A stretch of 64,000 nucleotides of DNA from an uncultured Bacteroidota bacterium (GCA_937950125.1 CALFEP010000282.1:21220-85219), one strand, 5' to 3'; shown: positions 1 to 10,247, counted from the first letter of the stretch. Numbers and translations are program-made. The notes: a model not told the origin generated them from the sequence alone.

Positions 1-1261
1 CGCGATATTGATTTTGCCTAACAAGGTAAATTTCGGCAGTGGAATATCTATAATTCAAAAAGTTGGCTAAGGTTTCGTATTGTTGCCCCAAGGATGATTT
101 CAATTTGAAAACAAAAGGATTGTCAAATGTTATTTCATTTCTTACCGAAAATGGATTTACGATGTTAATTTCATGCTGTTTGGCAAATGCAGCCACAATT
201 GAAAATGTTTTGGCAAATACCGGACCTACAATTAAATCCATGAATTTCAGATCAGGATTGTTCAATATTTTTTTCACCTCAAAAATGTCATCTTCAACAT
301 TAAAAACGTAAAGTTCGCAGTTTAACCCAACCCGGCGCAGTGAGTCCACAGCCATCAAAAAACCTTCGTAAAACTGGATGAATGTAAAAGATTTTGAATT
401 TTTTGGCGCCATTGGCGTACCTTCTGGCATCAAATTGTTTTCGGTTAATGAATCGGCATGGTCAAAATAAAAAGGGATCATCAAGGCTATTTTAAATATT
501 TCATCTCTGTGGTCTTTTTCGCATTTTACCTCAACCGGTGCAACCATATCGGTTTCTTCGTTTTCGTCAACTTCAGCAATAGAAGGTAATAATTTGTCCG
601 ACAATTCATTTTCGGTATCCATAATCATAACAGGAATTCTCACCATTTGTCCCGATTTTAAATCTTTCGAAATGTAAGGATTAACCGCTTTTATTTCGTC
701 AACCGAAAGGTTATAGTTTTTGGCAAGTTTGTTAATTGTAAGGTCATATCGCAAGGTATGTGTAATGTACCCTTTTGTATTTTTCACCAGCGGGATAAAA
801 ATAATCTGATCCTTTGCCAGGGTTTCCGAAATTCCCGGATTGAGTGCAAAAATGCTGTCAATACTCACCTGATAACGAACTGCGAGCGGGAAGATTTTCT
901 CCTTACCACGCGCCTGATATTCAAAAGATTTTGCCAACATAGGTTCTATCTGTTTTTCGGGAGTGCTGGTTTGGTCTTTTTGAAAACTCCGAACAGGAAT
1001 TTTTATCACCATTCCTTCTTTTAAACCATCGGGTAAACCACCGTTGGCCTGCCTGATTTCATCAACTGTAACATTGTATTCTTTTGATAATCCATACAAG
1101 GTTTGTTGTTTGGCGACACGGTGCAAGTTGTAACTTTTTGTTGACGAATTATCATTAACTTGTGCTGAGCCATTTAATACCAGCAGAAACAAAAAGATAC
1201 CAAGCAACATCAGCTTATTGATTGTCATGATGGGGAAGTTCAAATTTTTCTTAATACCCAT
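1..1261 (-). CDS. LysM-repeat secreted protein with periplasmic-binding-protein-like region (N-terminal part only; runs off the window start)
   Basis: Absent from the ORF track because no stop lies in the window. My manual minus-strand translation from the ATG (complement of 1259-1261) gives signal peptide MGIKKNLNFPIMTINKLMLLGIFLFLLVLNGSAQ. Three LysM-like repeats follow (YNLHRVAKQQTLYGLSKEYNVTVDEIRQAN; FEYQARGKEKIFPLAVRYQVSIDSIFALNP; ITHTLRYDLTINKLAKNYNLSVDEIKAVNP), and the frame stays open to base 1. Confidence 0.75.
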   Translation of the reverse strand, partial: MGIKKNLNFPIMTINKLMLLGIFLFLLVLNGSAQVNDNSSTKSYNLHRVAKQQTLYGLSKEYNVTVDEIRQANGGLPDGLKEGMVIKIPVRSFQKDQTSTPEKQIEPMLAKSFEYQARGKEKIFPLAVRYQVSIDSIFALNPGISETLAKDQIIFIPLVKNTKGYITHTLRYDLTINKLAKNYNLSVDEIKAVNPYISKDLKSGQMVRIPVMIMDTENELSDKLLPSIAEVDENEETDMVAPVEVKCEKDHRDEIFKIALMIPFYFDHADSLTENNLMPEGTPMAPKNSKSFTFIQFYEGFLMAVDSLRRVGLNCELYVFNVEDDIFEVKKILNNPDLKFMDLIVGPVFAKTFSIVAAFAKQHEINIVNPFSVRNEITFDNPFVFKLKSSLGQQYETLANFLNYRYSTAEIYLVRQNQYR

Positions 1262-1306
1262 ATTGATAAAATATTCATTATCAATCATTTTAATAACGAT
1301 TGTTTA

Positions 1307-2836
1307 TTATTCCCACTCAATGGTTGCAGGAGGTTTTGAGCTGATGTCGTAAACAACCCTGTTCACTCCTTTTACCTTGTTAATAATGTCGTTCGATACC
1401 TTGGCAAGAAAGTCATAAGGAAGATGCGACCAGTCAGCAGTCATACCATCGGTAGAGGTTACTGCCCTTAAAGCAACAACATTTTCGTAAGTTCTTTCGT
1501 CACCCATTACACCGACCGAATTAACTGGCAATAAAACAGCCAGCGCCTGCCAAACTTCGTCATAAAGCCCATGACTTTGTAAACCCTGCACAAATATATG
1601 ATCAACTTCTTGTAAAACATGTATCCGTTCGGGTGTGATTTCCCCCAAAATTCTTATGCCCAATCCCGGGCCTGGAAAGGGATGCCTGTTAAGAATTTCG
1701 TGTTTCAAACCTAACTGTAGGCCTACCTTCCTTACTTCATCCTTAAATAAACTGCTGAGGGGTTCAACAATTTTAAGGTTCATGAAATCGGGCAACCCAC
1801 CTACATTGTGGTGCGATTTGATGGTTGCCGATGGGCCTTTTACCGAAACCGATTCGATAACATCGGGGTAAATGGTTCCTTGTGCCAGCCATTTTACATC
1901 CTTAATTTTATGGGCTTCATCGTCGAAAACTTCAATGAAGGTCTTACCAATGGCTTTTCTTTTTTCTTCGGGATCGGTTTTGTGTTTTAGTGCTTCGTAA
2001 AACCGGGCGGAAGCATCAACACCCAATACATTCAACCCCAGGTCATGATATGTGTGAAGTACGGTTTCAAACTCATTTTTGCGCAGGAGGCCATTATCCA
2101 CAAATATGCAATGCAACTGATCTCCGATAGCTTTGTGCAACAGCAATGCTGCAACAGATGAATCGACACCACCGGACAAACCAAGAACCACCTTTTCGCC
2201 CTTGATTTTATTTTTCAACCATGTCACTGTAGTATCTACAAAAGAGGCTGGCGTCCAGGATTGATTGCATCCACAAATATCGACTACAAAATTTTTAAGC
2301 AAAATCATTCCTTCTGTCGAATGGTAAACCTCGGGATGAAACTGGATTCCAAAAACCTGTTCGCCGACAGCCTGATAACCAGCAATTTCGACATCAGCTG
2401 TACTTGCAATGATTTGAAAACCAGTAGGTAATGATAATATTGTGTCACCATGCGACATCCAAACCTGGCACCCTTCTGTCATTCCCTTCAATAAAACATT
2501 GTTTGCAACAATTTTGGTAAGATTTGCGCGCCCATATTCCCTGATTTTCGACTGTTGAACCATACCCCCACCCACTTTTGCCATGAACTGAGCGCCATAA
2601 CATACCCCCAAAACCGGGATTTTCATTTCAAAAATGTGGTCAAGCTGAGGTACTGGTGAACCTTCATCAAGGGCTGAAAATGGACTACCCGACAAAATTA
2701 CACCCATGATATTGTCGAGCGCAGGTATTTTATCGAAAGGATAAATTTCGCAATAAACATTCAATTCGCGCACACGACGGGCAATAAGTTGTGTGTATTG
2801 CGATCCGAAATCGAGGATAAGTATCATCTGTTGCAT
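1307..2836 (-). CDS. guaA: GMP synthase (glutamine-hydrolysing)
   Basis: 509 aa. N-terminal class-I amidotransferase ([12 protein letters not shown]), ATP-pyrophosphatase P-loop SGGVDSS, and the typical C-terminus ...KPPATIEWE. Confidence 0.97.
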   Translation of the reverse strand: MQQMILILDFGSQYTQLIARRVRELNVYCEIYPFDKIPALDNIMGVILSGSPFSALDEGSPVPQLDHIFEMKIPVLGVCYGAQFMAKVGGGMVQQSKIREYGRANLTKIVANNVLLKGMTEGCQVWMSHGDTILSLPTGFQIIASTADVEIAGYQAVGEQVFGIQFHPEVYHSTEGMILLKNFVVDICGCNQSWTPASFVDTTVTWLKNKIKGEKVVLGLSGGVDSSVAALLLHKAIGDQLHCIFVDNGLLRKNEFETVLHTYHDLGLNVLGVDASARFYEALKHKTDPEEKRKAIGKTFIEVFDDEAHKIKDVKWLAQGTIYPDVIESVSVKGPSATIKSHHNVGGLPDFMNLKIVEPLSSLFKDEVRKVGLQLGLKHEILNRHPFPGPGLGIRILGEITPERIHVLQEVDHIFVQGLQSHGLYDEVWQALAVLLPVNSVGVMGDERTYENVVALRAVTSTDGMTADWSHLPYDFLAKVSNDIINKVKGVNRVVYDISSKPPATIEWE

Positions 2837-2914
2837 GCCGCAAAGATAGTGATAAGCCCCAACATCATGGAAAGAATTGTTAAGAAAGTGTTTCGTGCGG
2901 TGGTATGATTTTGC

Positions 2915-3952
2915 CTATTCGGCTTCAAAAAGATCGCGATGTTGCGAGTAATGTCGCCATTTTTCAACAACTTCGGTCATATCTGGCGGGAACGGTGTTT
3001 CGAAGTACATCTTTTTGTTTGTAACGGGATGAACAAAGCCAAGCGACCTGGCATGCAAAGCCTGCCGGGGCAATATTTTGTAACAATTGTTAATAAACTG
3101 CTTGTATTTGCTGAAAGTGGTCCCTTTTAAAATCTGGTCGCCACCATAACGTGCATCATTAAAAAGCGGATGACCTATGAACCGCATGTGCGCCCTTATC
3201 TGGTGTGTTCTTCCAGTCTCAAGTCTGCATTCCACCAGGGTTACATATCCAAATCGTTCAACCACTTCCCAATGTGTTATAGCATGTTTTCCCTGTTCGC
3301 CATCAGCAAAAACAAACATTTGCAGCCTGTCGTGCGGGTTTCGGCCAATGTTTCCGGTTATTGTTCCCTGATTCTCTTTAAAGTCGCCCCATACTATGGC
3401 TAAATAATTACGATGAATGGTATGCTCGAAAAACTGTTTCCCTAATACCGACTGTGCGAACTCATTTTTTCCTATCAGCAAAACCCCGGAGGTATCCTTG
3501 TCGATCCTGTGAATCAATGAAGGTGTTACATCGTTTTGGCCGGCATAATAGTATGCAAGTCCGTTTAATAGCGTACCCGTATAATTTCCGTGTCCGGGAT
3601 GCACCACCATACCTGCTTCCTTATTGATTACCAGCACATCATCATCTTCATACATGATTTGAAAGGGGATATTTTCGGGTATTACCTCAAATTCGCGCAG
3701 GGGCTGTGGCAACACTATTGAAATAACATCGAGTGGTTTTATTTTGTAATTGGGCTTTACAGGCAGGTTGTTCACCAGGATATTTCCTGCATGGGCGGCA
3801 TGCTGGATTTTGTTGCGCGAAACACCTTCGATGCGATTGAAAAGAAATTTGTCAATCCTGAGCAGACTTTGCCCCGGATCAACGGTTATCCTGTGGTGTT
3901 CATACAAATCTTCGGATTCTTCAGTAATTTCGGGAGTATAATTTTCGGTCAT
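2915..3952 (-). CDS. rluD: RluA/RluD-family 23S rRNA pseudouridine synthase
   Basis: 345 aa. S4-like N-terminal domain, catalytic motif HRIDKDTSGVLL, and C-terminal HQIRAH motif. Confidence 0.9.
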   Translation of the reverse strand: MTENYTPEITEESEDLYEHHRITVDPGQSLLRIDKFLFNRIEGVSRNKIQHAAHAGNILVNNLPVKPNYKIKPLDVISIVLPQPLREFEVIPENIPFQIMYEDDDVLVINKEAGMVVHPGHGNYTGTLLNGLAYYYAGQNDVTPSLIHRIDKDTSGVLLIGKNEFAQSVLGKQFFEHTIHRNYLAIVWGDFKENQGTITGNIGRNPHDRLQMFVFADGEQGKHAITHWEVVERFGYVTLVECRLETGRTHQIRAHMRFIGHPLFNDARYGGDQILKGTTFSKYKQFINNCYKILPRQALHARSLGFVHPVTNKKMYFETPFPPDMTEVVEKWRHYSQHRDLFEAE

Positions 3953-4045
3953 CGCATTGGTGGTATAATTATTTATTTGTAAAGATATTCCGAAGACACT
4001 TTTGCCAGAACATCTCAGAATAAGCTAAGAAAAGCGGATCTTGCC

Positions 4046-6196
4046 CTATTTGGTCAACACCAGTTTTTCAGTCATTGTTTGCTGGTGGTAATAATCGATT
4101 ATCTGCACCAGGTAAATTCCCTCATTTAAGGCTGAAAGATCGATTTGCGGCTGATATTGAGACTGATAAACCTTTTGCCCAACCAGGTTGTAAACCACTA
4201 TTTCCATTTGCTGCAGAACTTCGTCTTTAACGCCTACCTGGTAGGGGGTGGCATTGTATTTTGGGTACTGAAGAAATTTAAAACTTATTATCCCTGAATG
4301 GTTTGGATTGGGATAAAGATTGAAAAGATCGATGCTGGCACTTTTCTGAACGGGCGATTCTTTGAGCTTTTTACCCATTACCGGTCTTATGAGTAATGCA
4401 CCTTGGAAAGATGTGTTTTCCCATGATCCGGTTGTATTGTAAAAAATACGATTTCCGGCATTGTTGTTTGCATCAAAACCAATATTCAAATTATGATTGG
4501 TTTCCTGAATCCAACCAACATAAAATGTTCCCAATACGGGGACAGCGGTATCGAGGTGATAGGTAACAAACCGAAACAGACTATCACCAAAAATTGGTTT
4601 TTCACGTTCCTGCAGATAGGCCAGATCACCTGGTTTTCCGTTTAAGTCTTTCCAAACAGCAAGACTGAAATACTGCTCGTTGGCATTGGAAAATGTCTTA
4701 TTAAAAAACATTTGGACGGCACGCAAGGTATCGCGCTTACTTAAGTTAAACTGGTATGCAAGCATTGCACCTGCAGGTGTCAGTCCATAACCCAACTCCG
4801 GAATTCCATCGTCGTAGGCATAGTAATTTTTAAAATACTGCCTGTATGTTAATGTATCGCCAAGGTTGAGTTGAGTGTCGGTTCCTAACAGGTAATGCGT
4901 AATATCAAAATAAACGCTGTCGCGGTCACCAAGTGGTGGAAAAATCGCTTCTACAGGTGGACGGGCGAAGTTGATATCGAAACAATATCCGGCTTCTGTA
5001 AACGGGAACAAGTCGCTTACCCCGCCATTGTAAGTATAAACCGCTCCACCAACATCATTCTTTACTTCATAACGGTATTCGGCTGTTTGGTTACCATTGT
5101 CGAGGTTGCTAATCAACATATCTACTGAGTCGGTCATCGCACTGTTCGGATCGTCACGGTATTGGGCAAAAGGCATGCTGGAATAATCTTTTAAAAAAGA
5201 GGGTGCAATCCCAGTGAAAGTTATATCACGATGTGTGGTTTGATCAAAGCCTCTGTTGATATCCAGCAAAATATAGTCAATGTTCCAGTAATCGCAGTTG
5301 CTTTGCCAGCTTTGAAGGCCATCGTCGGCAATGCTTGCGTAACCCGTAAACCTGAACTGAAAACCATTTGAAAACCAGTTTGTATCCAGCAAAGGAATCA
5401 TAACCTGAGCAAAATAGGATTCGTTGTGTAGCTGCCTGAATTCGTCAAGGGTCATTCCTACATGCGACCAAACTGATTTCCATCGGGTTTGTGGCGGCAC
5501 AAAAACCGAGTCGCACGGAAGTTTCACTACATCAAAAGGAAGAAAGGTTTGATCGCTGATGATAATCCAGTTTGGATCGCAGGGCGAATAAAGGGTATCA
5601 CCCGGAAAAACCGTGTCGCCGGGAGCAATAAAAATTTCTGTCGAGTCGATGTACGAAAAAACCGGATCACCGTCGTAATAACCAAATTCCAACACCAGTG
5701 AATCCTTTAGCTGTGGATCGTTGCCATAACCCTGCGGTTGAAAATAGAAGCTAAAATACACGGAGTCGGAAGGCGACAAAGCTCTGGGAACCGGACTAAA
5801 AACCGAATCGAGCCGGATTGGTTTTGAGGTCAGGTAATCAGCGACAAACTGAACTGAATTGGCCTGGCTGTAAATTTGGCCGGTGGCATCGAGCGCATCA
5901 AATGTAGCAATGCCCCATGTTGGTGGAAAAGCAGCAAAATTACTGTTTATGAATACATTGGCATCAATCCAGCGGGATGTATCCGGAAAAATGCTCAGCT
6001 GTTTGAAGTCGTCAAAAAATGGAAGTGTCAGCGATTTGGGATAAACAATTTTTGTGGATTTTACCACTTTGTTTTCCTTATTGAAATGATAAATCATCGG
6101 GTTCCCTGCCAGTCCGGTCAGGTATTCCTGTGCAAAAGACTGAGAACCAACGATTGTTAAAATAAAGAATATTATTATGTATCGTTTCATTAACAT
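4046..6196 (-). CDS. Secreted protein of unknown function with a T9SS C-terminal sorting domain
   Basis: Signal peptide MLMKRYIIIFFILTIVGSQSFAQ. The last ~85 aa fit the Por secretion tail pattern (LYPNPNHSGIISFKF ... VVYNLVGQKVYQ ... LNEGIYLVQI). No catalytic motif recognised. The ATG overlaps the upstream stop as TGATG. Confidence 0.75.
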   Translation of the reverse strand: MLMKRYIIIFFILTIVGSQSFAQEYLTGLAGNPMIYHFNKENKVVKSTKIVYPKSLTLPFFDDFKQLSIFPDTSRWIDANVFINSNFAAFPPTWGIATFDALDATGQIYSQANSVQFVADYLTSKPIRLDSVFSPVPRALSPSDSVYFSFYFQPQGYGNDPQLKDSLVLEFGYYDGDPVFSYIDSTEIFIAPGDTVFPGDTLYSPCDPNWIIISDQTFLPFDVVKLPCDSVFVPPQTRWKSVWSHVGMTLDEFRQLHNESYFAQVMIPLLDTNWFSNGFQFRFTGYASIADDGLQSWQSNCDYWNIDYILLDINRGFDQTTHRDITFTGIAPSFLKDYSSMPFAQYRDDPNSAMTDSVDMLISNLDNGNQTAEYRYEVKNDVGGAVYTYNGGVSDLFPFTEAGYCFDINFARPPVEAIFPPLGDRDSVYFDITHYLLGTDTQLNLGDTLTYRQYFKNYYAYDDGIPELGYGLTPAGAMLAYQFNLSKRDTLRAVQMFFNKTFSNANEQYFSLAVWKDLNGKPGDLAYLQEREKPIFGDSLFRFVTYHLDTAVPVLGTFYVGWIQETNHNLNIGFDANNNAGNRIFYNTTGSWENTSFQGALLIRPVMGKKLKESPVQKSASIDLFNLYPNPNHSGIISFKFLQYPKYNATPYQVGVKDEVLQQMEIVVYNLVGQKVYQSQYQPQIDLSALNEGIYLVQIIDYYHQQTMTEKLVLTK

Positions 6197-7041
6197 CAAA
6201 ATAGTTCATCATTAATCATTAATGTGTCCGACATGACGGAATCTGCCTGGCTTGCTTTCATCAATGAATCGAAATCGAACATCAAATCAGACCTGAACCA
6301 CAAATCAACATAGCTTCCAGGTTCAGCAAAAGTACCTGAAGAAGCTTGTGGCTGCTGCATAAAAACCCTTGAATGAAAATCATCCTTTCCATCAAGGTGC
6401 CTGATAATTCCTGGGTTTAGCGCCGATTGATAAAGCAAAGCAACTGCTTCTGATTCATCTAATCCTGTTAGTACTGGAATTGGCACCTTTTGATCGTCAA
6501 CGCCTGTGCCCAAAACCAAAGTGATGGTGGTACCCTTCAGCAATTCAGTACCCGGATTAACAATTTCTCCGTCAACCTTTTGATCTAAAACAGCATTTTT
6601 TGCAAAATTTTCGATGTATTCAAGGTGGCCGATGGCAAGACCGGAACTCTCAATTTTAATTAATGCCTGCCGAAGCGAAAGATCCACAAGATTTGGCATG
6701 TGAACCATCTCTGGCTGGGTAGAAACAATGGTAACGTAAATTTTCCTGCCCTTTTTTACCTTTGAGCCATGAGGCGGGTCCTGCAGAACTACCGAACCAA
6801 TTGGGTATTCATCGTCGAACATCGAATCGATAACCACAATTCCAAAATCATCCGAATTATCCATCCATCCAATTTCATCAATGGTTTTACCCCTGAAATC
6901 CGGGACTTCGATGGCTTGTCCCTTGCGTGCATAAATGTTGATTGCCTGAAGTACAAGCCAGAAAACAAGAATACCGGCAACCAAAGCGATGGTTAAATGT
7001 TTCAGGAATAGTTTACTAAAAATCAACTTTAAAAAATCCAT
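6196..7041 (-). CDS. PASTA-domain membrane protein
   Basis: 281 aa with an N-terminal TM helix (LTIALVAGILVFWLVL) followed by three PASTA-like modules (VPDFRGKTIDEI..., MPNLVDLSLRQALIKIESSGL..., IPVLTGLDESEAVALL...). The ddl / PASTA / rluD neighbourhood is typical of Bacteroidota. Confidence 0.75.
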   Translation of the reverse strand: MDFLKLIFSKLFLKHLTIALVAGILVFWLVLQAINIYARKGQAIEVPDFRGKTIDEIGWMDNSDDFGIVVIDSMFDDEYPIGSVVLQDPPHGSKVKKGRKIYVTIVSTQPEMVHMPNLVDLSLRQALIKIESSGLAIGHLEYIENFAKNAVLDQKVDGEIVNPGTELLKGTTITLVLGTGVDDQKVPIPVLTGLDESEAVALLYQSALNPGIIRHLDGKDDFHSRVFMQQPQASSGTFAEPGSYVDLWFRSDLMFDFDSLMKASQADSVMSDTLMINDELF

Positions 7042-7319
7042 TCAGGACAATAAATTTATTTAAACAATAAAGATTTTCGCGCCAAAGCCATCTTTTAAAA
7101 ATGTCACCCTAATAACTTCAATCACCGCATTTTATTGCCGGATGGCGGCAAAGATACGAAAAGAATGTATCCTGACGGCAGGATATGATGTACGGACAAA
7201 CATGGGAGGGATTTCATTACGTAATTGGAGTCAGAATGGTTTTAATTGCGATCGAGCACCCGGTAATAATTAGGTGCGGCATTTTATTTTTCACCTGAAT
7301 TAGCTTTCGCGAAAGATTT

Positions 7320-7327
7320 TACTTTTG
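7320..7327 (+). promoter_or_regulatory. Bacteroidetes-type -7 promoter box TACTTTTG for ddl
   Basis: Exact match to TAnnTTTG, 21 nt upstream of the ATG at 7348. Confidence 0.45.
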
Positions 7328-7347
7328 CCAGCCTAATTTCTTTGAAA

Positions 7348-8364
7348 ATGAAAACAAACATTGCAATCGTTGCAGGCGGTGATTCGGGCGAGTACAAAAT
7401 TTCGATGAAAAGCGGCAGGATGGTTCTTGAAGCCTTGGACAGGGAAAAATACGAACCATTTCTCATTGAAATAAAGGGAAGTGATTGGTTTTGTAACGTT
7501 GATGGTCAATCAATCAAAATTGATAAAAACGATTTTTCACTCTCATTAAATAATCAGACCATCCATTTCGAGTGTGTTTTTTGCGCCATTCATGGAAGCC
7601 CGGGTGAAAACGGAAAACTGCCCGCCTATTTCGAAATGTTGCAGATTCCTTTTACCTCTTGCGATTCTGCGGTTTCGGCATTAACGTTTAATAAAAATCT
7701 CTGCAACAGGGTGGTGGCATCGTGGGGAGTGAATGTTTCGCCTTCCATGCACTTTTTTAATGGCGATAAAAACATTGCTGGCCAAATTACCGGCAACCTT
7801 GAATTTCCTGTTTTTGTAAAACCCAACGCGAGTGGTTCGAGTGTGGGCATGAGCAAGGTAAATAACCATGATGATTTAGATGCAGCTATTGAAAATGCTT
7901 TCGCAGAAGACTCCGAAATACTTGTCGAACAATTTGTTAAGGGACGTGAACTTACCTGCGGTGTAATTGAATCGAAGAATAAACTAACAGTTTTCCAAAT
8001 CTGCGAGGTTAAAAGTAAAAAAGAGTTTTTTGATTATGAAGCCAAATACGATCCAACGCTTTCCGAAGAGATTATTCCAGCTGATGTTTCTTTAAATGTT
8101 GAATTGCTGGTTAAGGACACTTCGGCTTTTCTATACAAAAAGCTCAACTGCAAAGGAGTGGTGCGGTTCGATTATATTTTAAGAGATGACAATGACGAAT
8201 TATTTTTTTTAGAAGTAAACACAGTTCCCGGACTTACCGGACAAAGTATTGTTCCCAAAATGGCTTTCGATATGGGTATTTCATTAAAGGATTTGTTTTC
8301 GATGATGATTGAAGATGCCCTGTGGAGAGGTGGGCAAGCAAACGAAGTAAGTAAAAAATCATAA
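7348..8364 (+). CDS. ddl: D-alanine--D-alanine ligase
   Basis: ATP-grasp Ddl motifs IAIVAGGDSGEY, HGSPGENGKL and LEVNTVPGLT. The track start at 7342 is a TTG. ATG 7348 is preferred because the -7 box sits at 7320-7327. Confidence 0.93.
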   Translation: MKTNIAIVAGGDSGEYKISMKSGRMVLEALDREKYEPFLIEIKGSDWFCNVDGQSIKIDKNDFSLSLNNQTIHFECVFCAIHGSPGENGKLPAYFEMLQIPFTSCDSAVSALTFNKNLCNRVVASWGVNVSPSMHFFNGDKNIAGQITGNLEFPVFVKPNASGSSVGMSKVNNHDDLDAAIENAFAEDSEILVEQFVKGRELTCGVIESKNKLTVFQICEVKSKKEFFDYEAKYDPTLSEEIIPADVSLNVELLVKDTSAFLYKKLNCKGVVRFDYILRDDNDELFFLEVNTVPGLTGQSIVPKMAFDMGISLKDLFSMMIEDALWRGGQANEVSKKS

Positions 8365-8672
8365 TTCATAAGTCAGGAATCAGGAGTGAAAATGATGCTA
8401 ACTGCAGGGAATCCTACTACTGGCGCGTCCTAACGACCTGACAGACGGCTTGCCAGCCAGTGATACCATGGTGGGCAGACATGCTATGTACTTTGAAAAA
8501 TTTAATGAGGAATACCGATATTACAAACAATCAATGCATTCTGGCAATTTAATAGGTTGCAAAACGATTGAGAAATCAATGAATGCGACAGAATAAACTG
8601 CCCTTCACTTCTTAGTCAACAATAGAAGACCAACCAAGGGCCATTGAGTTAAAAATTTATCCAAAAAAAAGA

Positions 8673-8710
8673 CCTTGCAAAATTTAAGGCCTTAAACTAT
8701 TGATGCAAGG
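8673..8710 (-). terminator. Intrinsic terminator for the minus-strand transcript of 8834-9298
   Basis: CCTTGCA (8673-8679) pairs with TGCAAGG (8704-8710), and an inner 14-bp palindrome TTTAAGGCCTTAAA lies between them. On the minus strand the hairpin is followed by TCTTTTTTTT (plus-strand A8 at 8663-8670). Confidence 0.55.
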
Positions 8711-8833
8711 AAATTAAGGGCATAAAAAACCGGGAAAGGAACGCACCTAATTGGTTATGGCAGTCAAAGTTCCCTTTTGACAAAATGCGCGCCCCCCCCG
8801 GAATAAAAATGTTATCAGAAGTGACCTTAAAAC

Positions 8834-9298
8834 CTATTCTTCGTCATCTTCGTATTCAAAGTCAGCACCCCAGCTAACTACTGTAAGGATTTCATCTTCA
8901 AAAAAGAAGTCCATCTGAGCTTCATCGAACGATACTCGTCTTTCGTTTTCGTACTCCTCATCTTCAAGGTCTTCCACCTCCATTTCCGAAAAGCCATTAT
9001 CGTTCATCAGTTTGATGATTTCTTTTTCTTTCATGGCAAAAACGCGTTTACCAAACAGCGTTGCATCAGGGTTATCGGTTTCGAGGTTAGTGAGTACCGG
9101 GTCTTCCGGATCATCGAAGAAAGCAGAAACAGATTTATTCCAAAAGCTAAGCACTTTGGTGTCACCCATTTCATCATCTTCCAAAACTTCTTCTTCGTCG
9201 GGTTGACCGAGATATTCGTAAACCTCGTCTGGTGTCATTCCAAATTCAAGCTCACCGAAACCTTCAAGCGGCTTGATTTCTAAAGTTAAGTCTTTCAT
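8834..9298 (-). CDS. Hyper-acidic cytoplasmic protein of unknown function
   Basis: 154 aa with no signal peptide. By my count about 50 D/E against about 11 K/R. C-terminus is FEYEDDEE. Confidence 0.6.
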   Translation of the reverse strand: MKDLTLEIKPLEGFGELEFGMTPDEVYEYLGQPDEEEVLEDDEMGDTKVLSFWNKSVSAFFDDPEDPVLTNLETDNPDATLFGKRVFAMKEKEIIKLMNDNGFSEMEVEDLEDEEYENERRVSFDEAQMDFFFEDEILTVVSWGADFEYEDDEE

Positions 9299-9320
9299 AA
9301 AAAAATTAAAAATTTATACT

Positions 9321-10133
9321 TTATTTAAATGGTGAATCCGATTCTTTGGCCAAATGGTTATATACCAATTTGTCGACAAATTTTGGGAAAAATTTATTCA
9401 GAAAAACAGTCAATTTTCCTTGTGATGTTAAAATCAACGATCGTTTTTTTCTGTGTATGGCGTGGGCAATTCTTACTGCTACTTCTTCAGCACTCATCAT
9501 TTTATCTTCATCACGCGGTGTTTCACCCTGTTGCGATCCGTCGGCGGCAAGGGCTGTGTTTCTTATGTTGGATGATGTGAAACCAGGACAGGCAATGAGC
9601 ACATGAAGTCCTTTTTTCATGTTTTCGATTCTTATAACTTCCAGAATTCCCTGCATTGCAAATTTGGATGCAGAATATCCAGTACGACCTGGCAGGCCTT
9701 TGTAACCAGCTATTGAGGAAATTCCTGCAAGCGTGCCTTTGGTTTTCAACAGATATGGTAAGGCATATTTGCTGCAATATACAGTTCCCCAAAAGTTTAC
9801 ATCCATCACCTTTCGAATCACATCCAGATCTACCGCTTCAAAAAGAGCCCTCATCGAAATTCCGGCGTTATTAATCAAAATATCGATTCTTCCAAACCTT
9901 TCAATGGTGCTGTTAATTAGATTTTTGCAATCATTTTCCCTGGTGACGTTGGTGGCAAACGTGAAAATTTGGATGCCCTGTGTTTGCAAATCCTTGGCAA
10001 GACTGTCGAGTTTATCCTCAGACCTGGCTGCTGCAACAACTGTGGCGCCTTTCCGCCCAAATTCCTTTACCAAAGCTTTGCCTATACCAGATGATGCTCC
10101 GGTGATTATGACGATTTTGTCGCTAAAAATCAT
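9321..10133 (-). CDS. SDR-family oxidoreductase
   Basis: 270 aa. Cofactor motif TGASSGIGKA, NNAG, and catalytic YSASK. Confidence 0.9.
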   Translation of the reverse strand: MIFSDKIVIITGASSGIGKALVKEFGRKGATVVAAARSEDKLDSLAKDLQTQGIQIFTFATNVTRENDCKNLINSTIERFGRIDILINNAGISMRALFEAVDLDVIRKVMDVNFWGTVYCSKYALPYLLKTKGTLAGISSIAGYKGLPGRTGYSASKFAMQGILEVIRIENMKKGLHVLIACPGFTSSNIRNTALAADGSQQGETPRDEDKMMSAEEVAVRIAHAIHRKKRSLILTSQGKLTVFLNKFFPKFVDKLVYNHLAKESDSPFK

Positions 10134-10247
10134 TGTTTTATGAACAAATACACGGCAATACTAAACCAAATTTATGGAACAGTTGTAAAAAACTTGTTAA
10201 ATTTTTATTAAAAACATATTTTTAATAAAAAACATGGCAAAAATACA

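Noticed and set aside
63-1024. Plus-strand ORFs 63-311 and 758-1024
   Set aside because: They lie antisense to a long, motif-rich LysM-protein frame that is open across the whole 1-1261 region. Their sequences are low quality (Cys/Phe-rich, no motifs).
7304-7315. 12-bp palindrome CTTTCGCGAAAG just upstream of the ddl -7 box
   Set aside because: About 15 perfect 12-bp palindromes are expected by chance in 64 kb, so there is no supporting evidence for an operator.
8511-8596. Shared short strings between the two ORF-free regions (ATACCGATATTAC...GAGAAATC at 8511-8578 versus ATACCGAAATTAC...GAGAAATC at 41544-41579)
   Set aside because: Only about 13 + 8 nt are similar, and the spacing between the blocks differs (about 50 versus 13 nt). 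This is not enough to claim a repeated element or homologous sORFs without a proper alignment.
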